A stretch of 64,000 nucleotides of DNA from Cyanobacteria bacterium P01_D01_bin.156 (GCA_039024555.1 JBCCQQ010000001.1:64001-128000); one strand, 5' to 3'. Shown: positions 19,230 through 31,053, counted from the stretch's first letter. A program made the numbers and translations. Notes: generated by a model not told the origin, from the sequence alone.

Positions 19230-21506
19230 CTATCTTCCGGCCCGGCGCAATTCACGCAGTTCGGACTGAACACCCTCTATATTCACGGTTTCACCACCGT
19301 AGCGCCAACGGACATAGCGATCAATCATTTGACCCACCAAATTACCCTGGGTAAAGTCGCTGCGCTGTTGTAATTCTGCTGCATACTCCAGCGGTGTTTG
19401 GCTAGGCCGTTTACTAAATCCTTGTCGCTCTAAGATATGCAACATTTGTCGATAACCTTTCTCAACCGGTGCCAACCGAGCCAGCGTTAGCTGACGCTGC
19501 CATCGTCGCCAGCCTTGCCAACCAAGCCATCCTAGAAAGCTGACACCAGTTAAACCAGCAATTCCCCACAGCAGACTTAACCAGCCTTGACCACCCAACC
19601 GAGAAATCAATCGCAGCAGGGTACCAATCCCCCCCATTAATATCTGAAAGCCTCGTTGGATGAGCTGGGTAACAGGCGGTGGTAGAGTCCCTGCCAGTAA
19701 ATCCCATAGTTGACGCAACACACTAAAGGGGTTAAATCCATTGTCTTCTGGAGAGAACAACAGACTGTTGGGAATCGGATTAAAGTAAAACCAACCTTGG
19801 CCTGGGAAATAGACCTCGGTCTGGGCGTAGGCATCGGTGTTGCGAACAATATAAAACCCGGTAAAGGGGTTAAACTGCCCTGGACCAAAACCAGTAGCTA
19901 ATCTAGCGGGAATACCAATGGAACGGAGCATCACAGTTAGCACGGTGGCAAACTGGTCGCGGCTGCCGCCTTGATAGTCAAACAAAAAGGCACTGACCAG
20001 ATCTTCACCTTCTTCAAAGTAGGGTAGCTCTGCATCAATGGTGTAGTTTTCTCGCAGAACCTGGGCTAGAAACGTCGCTTTTTCGTAGGGTGTGGTGAGC
20101 GGTTCCTCAGAGGTGGCTAGCCAGCGCTCTGTTTCGGTGCGAATGCGATCGCCAATAGCGTCGGGGAGCTGTAAATAGTATTGACTAATATACTTGCCAT
20201 AGTCAGTTCCACTCTGATTAAGACGCTCCGGAATCCGCAGAGGCACCCGCGATACCACCGTATAGGTCAAACCCTCCGGTAACAAACCTGATGGCCGTAG
20301 CGTCCCTTCAGGATCCATGGCCAAATTTTCGGCTGGAAAATAAACCGATTCTGGAGAATACAGGACCGGTACTAGGTTCTGAAAGTCCTGCACCATAGTG
20401 TAAGTTTGCACGACTTCTTCGGCTGGCCCAATGGGCTGAGGGGTAATGGGTAAAAAACGATAGGACAGGGGGGAACGGCGTAAATCCACCAATTCATTAG
20501 AACGTGAGGCTTCCCAACCCTGCCCCGTATACTGGTTAAAGGCCATGACTCGCCAGAAACCAGCCCGTTGAGACCGGACTCGCATAATCACCTGGGGCTC
20601 CAGCTCTCCCTTTAGGTTTTGATTAATGCGACGATTAAAACCATAGTAAAAGTCAGGGCTCATTCGGCCAGGTCCCGTTTCAGGGCTGCCTCCAGCATTC
20701 GAATTATTGCCATCACCGTCGTCAGACGCTGGATTATTACCGCGGCTAACATAACCAGGGTTAAAAATTTGCCGACTAGAGGCATCGCCCGTCACATCGA
20801 TACTTCCACTCACTGGAAACGTTTGGAGCTGATACCCCGGAACCCTAGGCATGGCCGTGAATATCACCATCCCTAGGGTTAGGACAATAGCAATAATGCC
20901 CGCCAACTGTTTTAAGGGGACTCCAATAGCACCTCGTTTCCAGTCCAGCAGTCCCAACCTTGAGCGATAGTCCAGCACTAACACTGGTAGCGCTATAAGA
21001 AAAAATAAAAGCAAAAATGGCCCAAACCAAAGTGTTTGGCTAATGGTGGCAGCCACACCAATCAGCACCAGACCAATCATCATCGAATACCCCAAATCCT
21101 TGCGTCGGGGTAAGTCAAAACTATGGAGTACCTGTAGATGAATTAACAGCTCTGCTAAAACAATACGAGTATCCCCGGGCACACGTAGCATCTGGCCTAA
21201 AAAAAACGCCAGGGCAATTAACATACCCAAGGCGATCAAAAACTTAGCTGCAATATTACGGCGACGGCGGCTGCGCCAGCTCCAGTAGGCTCCAGCCATA
21301 CTCAGAGGAATCGCCAGCAGATTCCAAATAGAGGTATCAGTCACCCCAGCGGCGGCTACGCTCAAACTGCAGATACCAATGGTCACCAGGCACTGTACCA
21401 GTCCTCTCAGGGCCATGGAATCTTCAGGCACTGATGGCGGCTGGGCTGAAAGCCGTTGCCGCCATCGTGAGGTCAAATCACCGACCAAAGTATTAGAGCG
21501 AAACAT
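19230..21506 (-). CDS. Membrane transglutaminase-like protein (TgpA/DUF3488 family)
   Basis: N-terminal TM block, LRSIGIPARLATGF, EVYFPGQGW, C-terminal DUF4129-like TPLEYA..RYGG. Confidence 0.88.
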   Translation of the reverse strand: MFRSNTLVGDLTSRWRQRLSAQPPSVPEDSMALRGLVQCLVTIGICSLSVAAAGVTDTSIWNLLAIPLSMAGAYWSWRSRRRRNIAAKFLIALGMLIALAFFLGQMLRVPGDTRIVLAELLIHLQVLHSFDLPRRKDLGYSMMIGLVLIGVAATISQTLWFGPFLLLFFLIALPVLVLDYRSRLGLLDWKRGAIGVPLKQLAGIIAIVLTLGMVIFTAMPRVPGYQLQTFPVSGSIDVTGDASSRQIFNPGYVSRGNNPASDDGDGNNSNAGGSPETGPGRMSPDFYYGFNRRINQNLKGELEPQVIMRVRSQRAGFWRVMAFNQYTGQGWEASRSNELVDLRRSPLSYRFLPITPQPIGPAEEVVQTYTMVQDFQNLVPVLYSPESVYFPAENLAMDPEGTLRPSGLLPEGLTYTVVSRVPLRIPERLNQSGTDYGKYISQYYLQLPDAIGDRIRTETERWLATSEEPLTTPYEKATFLAQVLRENYTIDAELPYFEEGEDLVSAFLFDYQGGSRDQFATVLTVMLRSIGIPARLATGFGPGQFNPFTGFYIVRNTDAYAQTEVYFPGQGWFYFNPIPNSLLFSPEDNGFNPFSVLRQLWDLLAGTLPPPVTQLIQRGFQILMGGIGTLLRLISRLGGQGWLSLLWGIAGLTGVSFLGWLGWQGWRRWQRQLTLARLAPVEKGYRQMLHILERQGFSKRPSQTPLEYAAELQQRSDFTQGNLVGQMIDRYVRWRYGGETVNIEGVQSELRELRRAGR

Positions 21507-21559
21507 CCCAGGAACCCTACCAGGTAGATACAGACAAACGTATGCCTATCCTAGCGGGC

Positions 21560-22555
21560 CTAACTGGCAGATGGTTCTAATACCATTACGGAAAATCGTA
21601 GGGGACGCTGGCAATCATTATCTAATGACACCTCTAGCGAATAAGACGAACCTACAACTGGAGCCGTTTGGGCCAGAGTTAAGATACCGGCCTCAGGTCG
21701 AGAGGCCTGACTATCCACATCCGGACCCACCAGTTGAATGCCGCCCCCCATGGGCAACATGGCATTGATGATTAAAACTGCACCTGTATAATTCACATCT
21801 ACGTGAATTACGCCTTCCGGGGTGACCCAGTCGCGCTTCAGGCTTGGTTCCTCAGTGGATACTGTCAACGCTAAGGCTGACATAATTTCCATGGACGCCA
21901 GCATAGTTAACGCAATCTGCTGTTCTGGCGTCGCTTGGTCATAGCCATCTGCAAGATTCTCAACTTCCTGCAGCGCGGCCTCCTTGAAGCCGGTATCTCG
22001 ATAAGCAGGCGTTAAGACAATATTGGCAATGGGATCCAAGACATCCAAGGATTCTGGAAACAGAGATTCTGCAATCTGCACCAGCTTAACGCCCTGCTTC
22101 TGGGTAGACTGAGCCATACTCTGGCAACGGTCTAGTAAATGATGCAGAACAGTCTGGGGCAGCTTACTGGAAATACTAAAGTGGAGTGGATTTTCAATCC
22201 ACATCCGACTCATGGGTTGAGCATACGCAGGGATTTCAGCTGGATACTCGCGCACCTCAGCCTCCCACGGGAATAATGGAGGACGATTTGCAAATTCCGT
22301 TTGGAAACGGTGCTTTAAAAGTGTGTGGAAACGATCTTGCACAGTGGTTTTATCTCCGAAGTGAAACGACTGACCCGTTTCAAATAAAGTGTCAAATGAT
22401 ACAGCGTCAGATCCGACTTCAGATGCACAGACTGCTGATGGATTGGATTCTGTCAAAGAGGTAGACTTCTTCCCTGATTTTGGGGACGCCGAGCGGTCAT
22501 CAAAAGTTAAGAACTCTAGCAATAAGCGTTTCAAATTTTCTGACTCACTATTCAT
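21560..22555 (-). CDS. patU: PatU-like protein
   Basis: VQDRFHTLLKHRFQTEFANRPPLFPWE motif; directly downstream of hetZ as in Anabaena. Confidence 0.7.
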   Translation of the reverse strand: MNSESENLKRLLLEFLTFDDRSASPKSGKKSTSLTESNPSAVCASEVGSDAVSFDTLFETGQSFHFGDKTTVQDRFHTLLKHRFQTEFANRPPLFPWEAEVREYPAEIPAYAQPMSRMWIENPLHFSISSKLPQTVLHHLLDRCQSMAQSTQKQGVKLVQIAESLFPESLDVLDPIANIVLTPAYRDTGFKEAALQEVENLADGYDQATPEQQIALTMLASMEIMSALALTVSTEEPSLKRDWVTPEGVIHVDVNYTGAVLIINAMLPMGGGIQLVGPDVDSQASRPEAGILTLAQTAPVVGSSYSLEVSLDNDCQRPLRFSVMVLEPSAS

Positions 22556-22647
22556 GGTGAAATGTCCCTGATCCGGATGATAAAACCGACGGTGTAAAAA
22601 ATTTAGCTCGACCCGATACCCACAAGTACGACCTATAAATTAAGGAA

Positions 22648-23844
22648 TTACCCCACTGATAGATTACGCAATTCCCAGGCTTGTTCAAGTAATTTAGACC
22701 AATGCTTTCTAATTTGAGTCAAACTCAGGCCAAGGGTTTGAGAGATATCTGTATCAGACAGACCTTGCTGCTTTAACTGCAGCAGCTTAGTTTGACTTTG
22801 GTCCATTTTTTCTTTTAGGTGATCCCACTGTTGAGGCGTGAGTCCTAGATTTTTATCTAACTCAATACCGAGCCACTCATGAACGAGTTCCCAATGATGG
22901 GCGAGGGCAAATCTCAGTAAATGATATTTAAAGCGCTGTTGTAAGTAGTCTCGCTGACGCGATGTTAACCCCAGCAGTTCCTCAATTTCACTAGCAGGTA
23001 AGTCCTTGAGGCGCAGCGTAAAGTAGTCTGCACAGTCCTCTTGCTTTTTTTCTTTGAGATAGACCATCAGTTCATCCACCACTCGCTCCCGTAGGCTGTC
23101 TTCTGGAGGAATATCCGACTGCTGCAAAATTTCTTCCCGCAGTCGTTGTACCGGTGCATTTTTCCAAGCCTGATCGCTGTCATTGGCGGCCTCAGTCGCT
23201 TGTTCAATGTCTACGGTTGTTTCGGGAGGCTGCTGCTTAGAAAAGGTTTGGGCCCGCAAAATAATTAATTGCTGGCTCCGTCCCCCCCTTAAGGGAATGC
23301 GACGTTTCCCATAGCGTTCGGTAAACGCCATATATTCTGCTAGTTCTAATGCGGTACGTGGCTGAAAATTATCTACCATCTGATTTTCTCGACGAAACGC
23401 ATTGATAGCTTCACCGTAAAAATTTTGGAGAAAATCTTCAATTAGGGAAAGACGGGCTTGGTAACTGGTCTGGGCATGGGGAACCGAAATGTAGCGATAG
23501 ACAATAGCACTTAGGGTACTATGCAACTCGATTCTGCCCCGTTCAGAGCTAAGTTTGTAATAGCGAATGCACTGATCAACTCGATGATTAGCGAGGTTAA
23601 ATGCCCAACTTCTTACATCGCCAGAGTCCTGAATACGTTGACTCTCCGTACAAATACGTAGAGATTCACTACAGATGCGATCGGCAACGGCCTGGCAGCT
23701 TCTTTCAGAGGTCCTGGTTGCCTGCTTTAGTAACTGCAATACTTCCTTATTTAGAGCGTCTACCAGATTGGTGGATGTGTCCTCAAGCATTAGCAGCGTG
23801 GTCATTAGAGCTTGCGCGTCCCAGGCAATATATGACCTGAGCAT
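22648..23844 (-). CDS. hetZ: HetZ-family regulator
   Basis: RGRIELHSTLSAIVYRY, AEYMAFTERYGKR, SRQRDYLQQRFKYH, WELVHEWL; C-terminal HTH. Start may be ~23805. Confidence 0.85.
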   Translation of the reverse strand: MLRSYIAWDAQALMTTLLMLEDTSTNLVDALNKEVLQLLKQATRTSERSCQAVADRICSESLRICTESQRIQDSGDVRSWAFNLANHRVDQCIRYYKLSSERGRIELHSTLSAIVYRYISVPHAQTSYQARLSLIEDFLQNFYGEAINAFRRENQMVDNFQPRTALELAEYMAFTERYGKRRIPLRGGRSQQLIILRAQTFSKQQPPETTVDIEQATEAANDSDQAWKNAPVQRLREEILQQSDIPPEDSLRERVVDELMVYLKEKKQEDCADYFTLRLKDLPASEIEELLGLTSRQRDYLQQRFKYHLLRFALAHHWELVHEWLGIELDKNLGLTPQQWDHLKEKMDQSQTKLLQLKQQGLSDTDISQTLGLSLTQIRKHWSKLLEQAWELRNLSVG

Positions 23845-23907
23845 AGACAGTTTTCCGTAGGTTCTAACAAAAGTCAGTAATTTTCACGAAACTATCAAAA
23901 AAGTCGA

Positions 23908-24369
23908 ATGGATATTGAACAACAAATTGCAATTTTAATTGAAGAAGCTCCGGATCAAACAACAGGGCAAGCGATCGCACTGGTAGCACCACTATTAAAA
24001 GAAGTTGCTGGGCAACTACCGGTACAAACCTACTATGTGGTCCAATCCCTGGGGCAGGGATGGGTCATGAGCACCCTACGAGGGCGACAGGATCCCAAGG
24101 CAACAAAAACGGTGATTTATGCCTATCCGTCTTTGGAAACAGCTGCCATGGGTGTGGCGGACAATCCGCAGATGATGGCACTGCCCCATCCTAGTACCCA
24201 TTTATTGTTTCAGCTTCTGTCGATGAAACAGGTGGACAGTCTGATTTTTATGCAGGAAAAGGGAAAAGGCCAAGGGGTGGAGGTGCCTAGAACCATGTTG
24301 GAGCAGGTGATGCGATCGCAGCTTCAACAGCTTAAAGACAACCAAGACGCCCCCACAGATATCGCATAG
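23908..24369 (+). CDS. Hypothetical protein
   Basis: Clean 153-aa ORF divergent from hetZ; no recognised family. Confidence 0.75.
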   Translation: MDIEQQIAILIEEAPDQTTGQAIALVAPLLKEVAGQLPVQTYYVVQSLGQGWVMSTLRGRQDPKATKTVIYAYPSLETAAMGVADNPQMMALPHPSTHLLFQLLSMKQVDSLIFMQEKGKGQGVEVPRTMLEQVMRSQLQQLKDNQDAPTDIA

Positions 24370-24837
24370 CTAACTGCAGGCTTCCTGCGTCACCTTGTGG
24401 CGATACTCAAACATATCTTGCAATCGCTGCAACACAAACCAGCCAATCATCGGCTCGCTGGCCCATTCCACCGGCAGGGTAAAGGTAATATCATCCGTCA
24501 GTCGGGTATAGTCGCCCTCCGGCTCAAATCGGTGGCGGTGAGTCCAGGCGTCGAGGGGACCACTTTCTTGAATATCGGTGAATAGTCGATTGGGCTCATA
24601 TTCGTCGGTATGGCGAGCAATCCAGGTAATGGGAACAGGACCGAGCCATAAACGAAACTCACTAATAGCCCCTGGGCCAAGTCCACCCTCGCGACGGACC
24701 GCCTCAACCGGTTGCCACGGTGGTGTGAGCAATTTCAGAATTTCAGGCCTTTCGTGAAAGCGCCATACCGCTTCAGGAGAAGCAGAAATCAGACTGCTGT
24801 GTTGAAAATGGGTCATAACCTCAGGGGAGCTGTGCAC
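24370..24837 (-). CDS. SRPBCC family protein
   Basis: VWRFHE..LTPPW, FTDIQESGP..WTHRHRF, FEYRH. Confidence 0.88.
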   Translation of the reverse strand: MHSSPEVMTHFQHSSLISASPEAVWRFHERPEILKLLTPPWQPVEAVRREGGLGPGAISEFRLWLGPVPITWIARHTDEYEPNRLFTDIQESGPLDAWTHRHRFEPEGDYTRLTDDITFTLPVEWASEPMIGWFVLQRLQDMFEYRHKVTQEACS

Positions 24838-24886
24838 AATGTGACATTTGTCATACCTCCATCATGACCTTTTCCTCAAGTTCTAG

Positions 24887-25126
24887 AATAAGTTTCGTCT
24901 ATTTCACGGTGTCATCATTAGTCAGATGCTCTTGGCCGTTGCTCTGTTAAAGCCAGTTGCCCAACGGGTGGGCCAACGTGATGACTTTACGGTTGAAGAG
25001 ATGATGCAACATTTACAGCAGGCCTATCAGCGAGGGCGTCAATCTCAGCTAGATCCTGATCGTTGGCAACCAGAACAACTATGGAATCTGCCGTTAGACG
25101 AGGTAAAAGCCATGTTTCATGTCTAA
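24887..25126 (+). pseudogene. Possible C-terminal fragment of a Coq4-like protein
   Basis: AYQRGRQSQLDPDRWQPEQLWNLPLDEV resembles Coq4-like C-termini; frame closed by TAG just upstream. Confidence 0.4.
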
Positions 25127-25435
25127 AAATTCAGCTTAAGCATCGGGATTAGTGTCAAGGGCAAAACCTGCAGAGACCTAGTACCATATCGGCGAAAATT
25201 ATCGTTTTTAATAAAGGGCTCAATCGTCAGTGATGGCCGCCACAAAATTGTTAAGCTATTCTTGCGGCAAAAAACAAATTGAGCCCACCAAAAACAGAAG
25301 ACCTTCAGCAAGATGAACAAACGCTATGGACGAAAAAGCATTAACCATCTCATTCATAGCATCCAAAACAAATAAGCTGGAGCCAAAAATAAACAACCAG
25401 CAGCCCAAAGCCAGGCGATTTTTCATTTGCAAGCT

Positions 25436-27145
25436 TTAAAATAAAAAGTAGCGCTGAGCCATGGGTAGCTCATCTGCCGGTTCACAGGTGAGCAACTGCC
25501 CATCTGCACGCACTTCATAGGTTTCTGGATCGACTTCCATATTGGGCTGATAGTCGTTGAGCTTCATGTCAGCCTTACTGAGATTACGGCAGCCGCTGAC
25601 AGCCACGGTGGTTGTTTGAAGCCCAATCTGGCTAGCAATATCTGCCTCAGCCGCCGCTTTCGAGATAAAGGTGAGCGACGTACTGCCAATAGCGCCACCA
25701 TAGCTGCCGAACATGGGGCGCATGTGAATGGGCTGCGGTGTAGGAATACTAGCATTGGGGTCGCCCATTTGCGCCCAGGCAATGGTGCCCCCCTTAATGA
25801 CAATCTCGGGCTTTACGCCAAAGAAAGCAGGCTTCCATAGACAAATATCGGCAAGCTTTCCTTCCTCTAAAGAACCCACCTCATGGGCAATACCGTGGGT
25901 AATAGCTGGGTTGATAGTGTACTTAGCCACGTAGCGTTTAGCCCGATGGTTGTCGTTGCGCTCAGAATCTTCTGTTAAAGCCCCACGCTGTACTTTCATT
26001 TTGTGGGCCGTTTGCCAGGTACGGATAACAACTTCCCCCACTCGCCCCATGGCCTGGGAGTCGGAGGCAATCATACTAAAGGCTCCAAGATCGTGAAGAA
26101 TATCTTCAGCCGCAATGGTTTCACGACGAATGCGAGACTCGGCAAAGGCAACATCTTCAGGAATACTAGGGCTGAGGTGGTGACACACCATCAGCATGTC
26201 TAAATGCTCATCCAGGGTATTGCGCGTGTAGGGTCGGGTGGGGTTTGTGGAGGATGGCAGCACATTCGCTTCACCACACACTTTGATAATGTCTGGGGCA
26301 TGGCCACCGCCTGCCCCTTCGGTGTGATAGGTGTGAATTACCCGGTTTTTGAAAGCCGCAATTGTGTTTTCCACAAACCCGGCCTCGTTCAAGGTATCGG
26401 TATGAATAGCAACCTGGACATCAAACTCATCGGCCACCCCTAGACAGGTATCGATGGAGCCCGGTGTGGTGCCCCAGTCCTCGTGGAGCTTTAGGCCCAT
26501 GGCTCCAGCCTGAACTTGCTCCACAAGTCCCAGGGGCTGGGCGCTATTGCCTTTGCCCATGAATCCTAAATTCATCGGGAAGGCATCGGCGGCTTGCAGC
26601 ATCCGGTAGATGTTCCACGCCCCTGGAGTACAGGTGGTTGCATTGGTGCCTGTAGCCGGGCCAGTACCACCGCCAATCATGGTGGTTACACCGCTCGCGA
26701 TCGCAGTTTCAATCTGCTGTGGACAGATAAAGTGAATGTGGGAATCAATACCCCCAGCGGTGACAATCATCCCCTCGCCCGCAACCGCCTCGGTAGCAGG
26801 GCCAATAATAATGTCTACATTGTCTTGAATGTAAGGATTGCCCGCTTTACCAATTTTGGCAATCCGACCATCCTTGATGCCAATATCCGCTTTGACGATG
26901 CCCCACCAATCCAAAATAAGGGCATTGGTAATCACCATATCCACCGCACCATCGGCTCGCGATATGGGCGACTGCCCCATACCGTCACGGATTACTTTGC
27001 CGCCCCCAAACTTAACTTCATCTCCATAGGTCGTAAAGTCTCGTTCTACTTCGATAATCAAAGCAGTATCTGCCAAACGAACCCGGTCGCCCACAGTGGG
27101 GCCATAGGTTTCAGCATAGGCGCGGCGATCCATGCGGTAGCTCAT
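25436..27145 (-). CDS. ureC: Urease alpha subunit
   Basis: [49 protein letters not shown]. Confidence 0.99.
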   Translation of the reverse strand: MSYRMDRRAYAETYGPTVGDRVRLADTALIIEVERDFTTYGDEVKFGGGKVIRDGMGQSPISRADGAVDMVITNALILDWWGIVKADIGIKDGRIAKIGKAGNPYIQDNVDIIIGPATEAVAGEGMIVTAGGIDSHIHFICPQQIETAIASGVTTMIGGGTGPATGTNATTCTPGAWNIYRMLQAADAFPMNLGFMGKGNSAQPLGLVEQVQAGAMGLKLHEDWGTTPGSIDTCLGVADEFDVQVAIHTDTLNEAGFVENTIAAFKNRVIHTYHTEGAGGGHAPDIIKVCGEANVLPSSTNPTRPYTRNTLDEHLDMLMVCHHLSPSIPEDVAFAESRIRRETIAAEDILHDLGAFSMIASDSQAMGRVGEVVIRTWQTAHKMKVQRGALTEDSERNDNHRAKRYVAKYTINPAITHGIAHEVGSLEEGKLADICLWKPAFFGVKPEIVIKGGTIAWAQMGDPNASIPTPQPIHMRPMFGSYGGAIGSTSLTFISKAAAEADIASQIGLQTTTVAVSGCRNLSKADMKLNDYQPNMEVDPETYEVRADGQLLTCEPADELPMAQRYFLF

Positions 27146-27265
27146 TTGGAGTCTCCTAGGCGAACGGGAAAATGCAAAGCCACTGGATAGCTTACGCTAC
27201 CTCCGCTGAGCCAACGAGTCTATGACAAACATTTTAAAGAATTGGAGAGGGTAGCTTATGGGTAG

Positions 27266-28048
27266 CTAGCCAGCACAGTCCTCTCGACTGGGCAACATCA
27301 GCACATCACCCGCCAAGTTTTTCCACTGGAGCCAGCCTTCTTCTTCACGGGCGCCGGTTAGGGGTTGGCAACCATTCACCGGCCGGGTAACTCGAACCCG
27401 GACCCAATTATCCTGTATTTCCAAGGGTTCGATCAGGCTGTTGGTACTCACTAAGCTCAGAACATTTCGCCCCCGCGCAGGCTGCGATCGCAAAACCTGG
27501 GCATTGCTGCCATCCCGCAAAGATAGGCTGTCGGCATCTTCTAGCCCCTCTTCCCAAGAATAAAAGGCCAACTCCAGACCGCGATCATCAAACTGAGCGC
27601 GATGGACCCAAGCACTACCGCCATCGGTATATTGCATTTGCATCCAGCCATCTTCACGGGCTTGCAATATGGGGAATGCCAGTTTGAGGGGTTCCACACT
27701 AACCATGGTGAAGCTAGCATCACGACCAATGGCAAATGCCTGCTGCCCATTGGGTATCAACCACCCTTGCCAGATCCACCCCCAATGTTCACCACCGGGT
27801 TGACTATAGAGAGGAAGTTCCACCTCTGACAGCCAGTTCGCCTGAATTCCTGATGAACGTTTGGGAGCTAAGTAACCAACACCCAACGGCATATCAGTCT
27901 CTGCTAAATCCACAATCCCCTCTAGGGCAGGGTTAATAGCTTCTGGCAGAGCATCTGCGCCAGTGGTTTGTCCCCATGCTGGCGCATTACCCAACAGTAG
28001 TCCGCACTGTAGGCAAGCGATGGCAGCAAATTGGTGTATTCGTAGCAT
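27266..28048 (-). CDS. Secreted hypothetical protein, possibly SH3-like
   Basis: Signal peptide ending APAWG; WVRVRV..EGWL pattern. Confidence 0.7.
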   Translation of the reverse strand: MLRIHQFAAIACLQCGLLLGNAPAWGQTTGADALPEAINPALEGIVDLAETDMPLGVGYLAPKRSSGIQANWLSEVELPLYSQPGGEHWGWIWQGWLIPNGQQAFAIGRDASFTMVSVEPLKLAFPILQAREDGWMQMQYTDGGSAWVHRAQFDDRGLELAFYSWEEGLEDADSLSLRDGSNAQVLRSQPARGRNVLSLVSTNSLIEPLEIQDNWVRVRVTRPVNGCQPLTGAREEEGWLQWKNLAGDVLMLPSREDCAG

Positions 28049-28305
28049 GTTGAATGTCAGTAAATCTCTAAAAAGTGTGTGTAATTAGGTGCTGAACTTA
28101 AATCAGGCCAACGGCCTCTAAAAACAGCATACAATTACATTTCAGCTCTGCACATTGAACAGGTAGCATTTCCTATTTCAAGCAGTTAGCAGCTTTATCA
28201 GACATACTCAATTTTTTGTAGCAACGTCACTTGAGTAGGTACTGATTTTCTAAGTGATTTACAGCAAATTCCTAAATTTATTGAGTTTTTGCACCGATTT
28301 AGGCT

Positions 28306-28623
28306 TTATACAGCCCCTTCAACCCGTTGGTTAAACCCATAAACGCGGCGCTCTCCCGCCAACGCAACTAAGGTAACAGAGCGTTCATCGCCCGGCTCAA
28401 ATCTCACTGCTGTCCCCGCTGGGATATCCAAACGCATGCCCTTCGACTGATCACGATCAAACTGTAGCGCGTCGTTCACTTCATAAAAGTGGAAATGAGA
28501 CCCCACCTGGATAGGACGATCGCCGCTATTGGCAACCGTTAAGGTGACAGTATCACGACCCACATTGAGTTCAATATCGCCTTCAGCAGGCAGTAGTTCT
28601 CCTGGAATTGAGCTACGGACCAT
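28306..28623 (-). CDS. ureB: Urease beta subunit
   Basis: [28 protein letters not shown]. Confidence 0.98.
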   Translation of the reverse strand: MVRSSIPGELLPAEGDIELNVGRDTVTLTVANSGDRPIQVGSHFHFYEVNDALQFDRDQSKGMRLDIPAGTAVRFEPGDERSVTLVALAGERRVYGFNQRVEGAV

Positions 28624-29687
28624 TATCGTAATCCTCCAAGCTGACTAATTAAATCTTGCTGCATTTGATCCAGCTGTTTTTTGACCGTTTCCAGGGCGGC
28701 ATCCAGTTCCTGGCTTGGGTGCTGCGATCGCTTTCTAAAATCAGTTAGCCCCATGTAGTGGGCTGTTTTCAAGGCCAGCTCCTCCGGCACCTTAAAGTCT
28801 GGTAAGACACCACTGCTCTCCCAGTTTTCTCCAGTCACAGAACTGAGCACCTGCCCTGTGGGCAAAAACATCCAGAAATGATCGTGCAACCGCTGCCCAG
28901 CACCTGGGTTTGCCTTACCAGCCGTGGTTTCGCCAATGAGTGTGGCTCGCTTCAGTTGCTTTAGGGTGTAAGCAAATTCCTCTGCCGCTGTTGCTGTTTC
29001 CGGCCCGATCAACAGATAAATTGGTCGGCCCAAATAGCGAGGTCCGGCCACATGGGGCACCGTCCAACTCTGCTCCACACGTTGCTCCACAGGCCAGCAC
29101 ACATCACTGATGTGCACCGCTGGATAGGCTGGCAGCAAATAACTACATAACAAGGCCACCATCGCTGGGGACCCACCTCGGTTGTACCGGAGATCAATGA
29201 TCAGCCCATCGGTATAGGCAATACAGGTCATCGCAGCCGCTAGGGTTTCCCCAGCAAACTCAGGGGGTTCAAAGCCATAGAGCTGTAAAAAACCAATATT
29301 GCCAGCCAAACGCTCAACTCGATTAATGTCAAAGTTACGGCGCTGGCTTTGCTGATGTTGATAATCGAGTTCTTCTGCCGTAGGTGCGGTGTCTGCACTC
29401 AGGTTAGGCAGCGGTGTAGCACTGCAGTAAACCTTGACGCTGCGATCGCTAGTCAAGGTCTGGAGCTGTGTGGTCAGGGTTTCAGCAAACTGGTGACCGC
29501 TCACAATATCACCGTATCCCCCCTGATCTAACCGTTGGCGAATATCGGTTTGGGCCTTATTTGCAGCTTCTGGAAAAGCATAGCGGTCCAATACTTCAAC
29601 AATGGCCTCTAGAACCTCAGTGCGGCTCGTTTGATCCAGGTCAATGTCTTGTAAATAACCACCATCAGTACTGCCCGACTCCATCAT
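28623..29687 (-). CDS. S41-family peptidase (IRBP-like)
   Basis: [41 protein letters not shown]. Confidence 0.88.
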   Translation of the reverse strand: MMESGSTDGGYLQDIDLDQTSRTEVLEAIVEVLDRYAFPEAANKAQTDIRQRLDQGGYGDIVSGHQFAETLTTQLQTLTSDRSVKVYCSATPLPNLSADTAPTAEELDYQHQQSQRRNFDINRVERLAGNIGFLQLYGFEPPEFAGETLAAAMTCIAYTDGLIIDLRYNRGGSPAMVALLCSYLLPAYPAVHISDVCWPVEQRVEQSWTVPHVAGPRYLGRPIYLLIGPETATAAEEFAYTLKQLKRATLIGETTAGKANPGAGQRLHDHFWMFLPTGQVLSSVTGENWESSGVLPDFKVPEELALKTAHYMGLTDFRKRSQHPSQELDAALETVKKQLDQMQQDLISQLGGLR

Positions 29688-29727
29688 AAGAAACCTACTC
29701 GCAACTCACTCGTGCAACCCACTCGCC

Positions 29728-30030
29728 TTACTGAATTGGATTATGTACGGTTACCAGCTTAGTACCATCTGGGAAAGTCGCTTCCACCTGTACTTCATGG
29801 ATCATCTCGGCAATACCGTCCATGACGTCATCCCGCTTGAGTAACGTTGTACCGTAGGTCATGAGTTCGGCAACGGTCCGTCCATCCCGTGCACCTTCTA
29901 AAATCGCTGCAGAAATATAGGCGACCGACTCTGGATGGTTGAGCTTCAGGCCACGCTCTTTACGGCGTTCAGCCACCAGAGCAGCGGTAAAAATCAGCAG
30001 CTTGTCTTTTTCCTGGGGAGTAAGTTGCAT
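29728..30030 (-). CDS. ureA: Urease gamma subunit
   Basis: [28 protein letters not shown]. Confidence 0.99.
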   Translation of the reverse strand: MQLTPQEKDKLLIFTAALVAERRKERGLKLNHPESVAYISAAILEGARDGRTVAELMTYGTTLLKRDDVMDGIAEMIHEVQVEATFPDGTKLVTVHNPIQ

Positions 30031-30186
30031 AGGTGCGGACTGACCACGACGGGTAACTTCTATGTCAAGGCAATATTAAACCAGGATATTGACAGGTCAA
30101 GGGTGGGTTAAACCTTATCTAAATAAAAGGTTATTGTGTCTGCCATTCACGACTTTTGTAATTGTGCGGCAGTCGGCTGCCCGCAA

Positions 30187-31053
30187 CTACACTCCCCACA
30201 CTCTGGGCACATACGTGGCTTGTTCCAAAACATTATTACGAAGCCATTGCCAAAGCTGAATAAAGTATTGACGGGCCATTTGGCTAGATGGACCACGATA
30301 GCGGGCAACTAAACCATGCTCTAGCTGAGTGATACCCATATCCCCAGAATGCATGGACGGGCACAGGGTCCTCAGAGCAGTGATGTGTTCAGGTGTAATC
30401 TCACACCCCAATAGTAAAAACGTCCCTACAACGGGATGCCCCGCTAACCCGTTCTGACTGGTGAGTACCTCAGAACCTCCCGTCAGCTGCTGACGGTCAA
30501 TCCACAGTGGACGTCCCTGCTGCCAAACCTCCGTAGCAGAACACCACTGCCCTGCCTGCAGAGTTTCTCCCCGAGCGCTACGGCCAAAGCGAGTTATGTC
30601 CCACCCCAGCCACACGCCGTCAGTCGCCAGCTCTACCCGCAGAGATTGCTTAAACCGCCCCCCGTTAAACAAAATCAGCTCCTGAGGGAACCACTCCACA
30701 TAGGCACCTTCTTTCACCGTCAGCTGAATCGTTTGTTGTGCCCAGTCTCCAGCACTGCGATACACCTTGTGGGCAGCAGCAGTAGTGACCAACGCTTGAG
30801 TATGGGGCTCTGCAGTAATGGCCATGTCCAGCCGATCGCCAGCCACCATCCCCCCTGCCGTATGGACAATCACACTCTGACAGTTGTCCGGTGCTGCCGC
30901 TGGATAAAACGGTCGCTGAATCCGGAGGGGAGATGTCGTATAGCTTTTGGTAGGAAATGTGGTGTCACCTACTTTTGTAAAGCAGAGATCCAAGGTGCCG
31001 TGCCAGCTGCGGTCTGGAAAGGGCTTAGCGGGAAGAGTCTTCGTCGTTTCCAT
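30187..31053 (-). CDS. ureD: Urease accessory protein UreD
   Basis: PLRIQRPFYP, HTAGGMVAGD, VEWFPQE, PRVW. ATG 31053 chosen over the track start 31083. Confidence 0.93.
   Translation of the reverse strand: METTKTLPAKPFPDRSWHGTLDLCFTKVGDTTFPTKSYTTSPLRIQRPFYPAAAPDNCQSVIVHTAGGMVAGDRLDMAITAEPHTQALVTTAAAHKVYRSAGDWAQQTIQLTVKEGAYVEWFPQELILFNGGRFKQSLRVELATDGVWLGWDITRFGRSARGETLQAGQWCSATEVWQQGRPLWIDRQQLTGGSEVLTSQNGLAGHPVVGTFLLLGCEITPEHITALRTLCPSMHSGDMGITQLEHGLVARYRGPSSQMARQYFIQLWQWLRNNVLEQATYVPRVWGV

Noticed and set aside
22573..23955. TCCGGA (DIF1-like) hexamers near patU and hetZ
   Set aside because: A 6-mer is expected by chance; one is too close to the start codon and one lies in a CDS; no TSS data.
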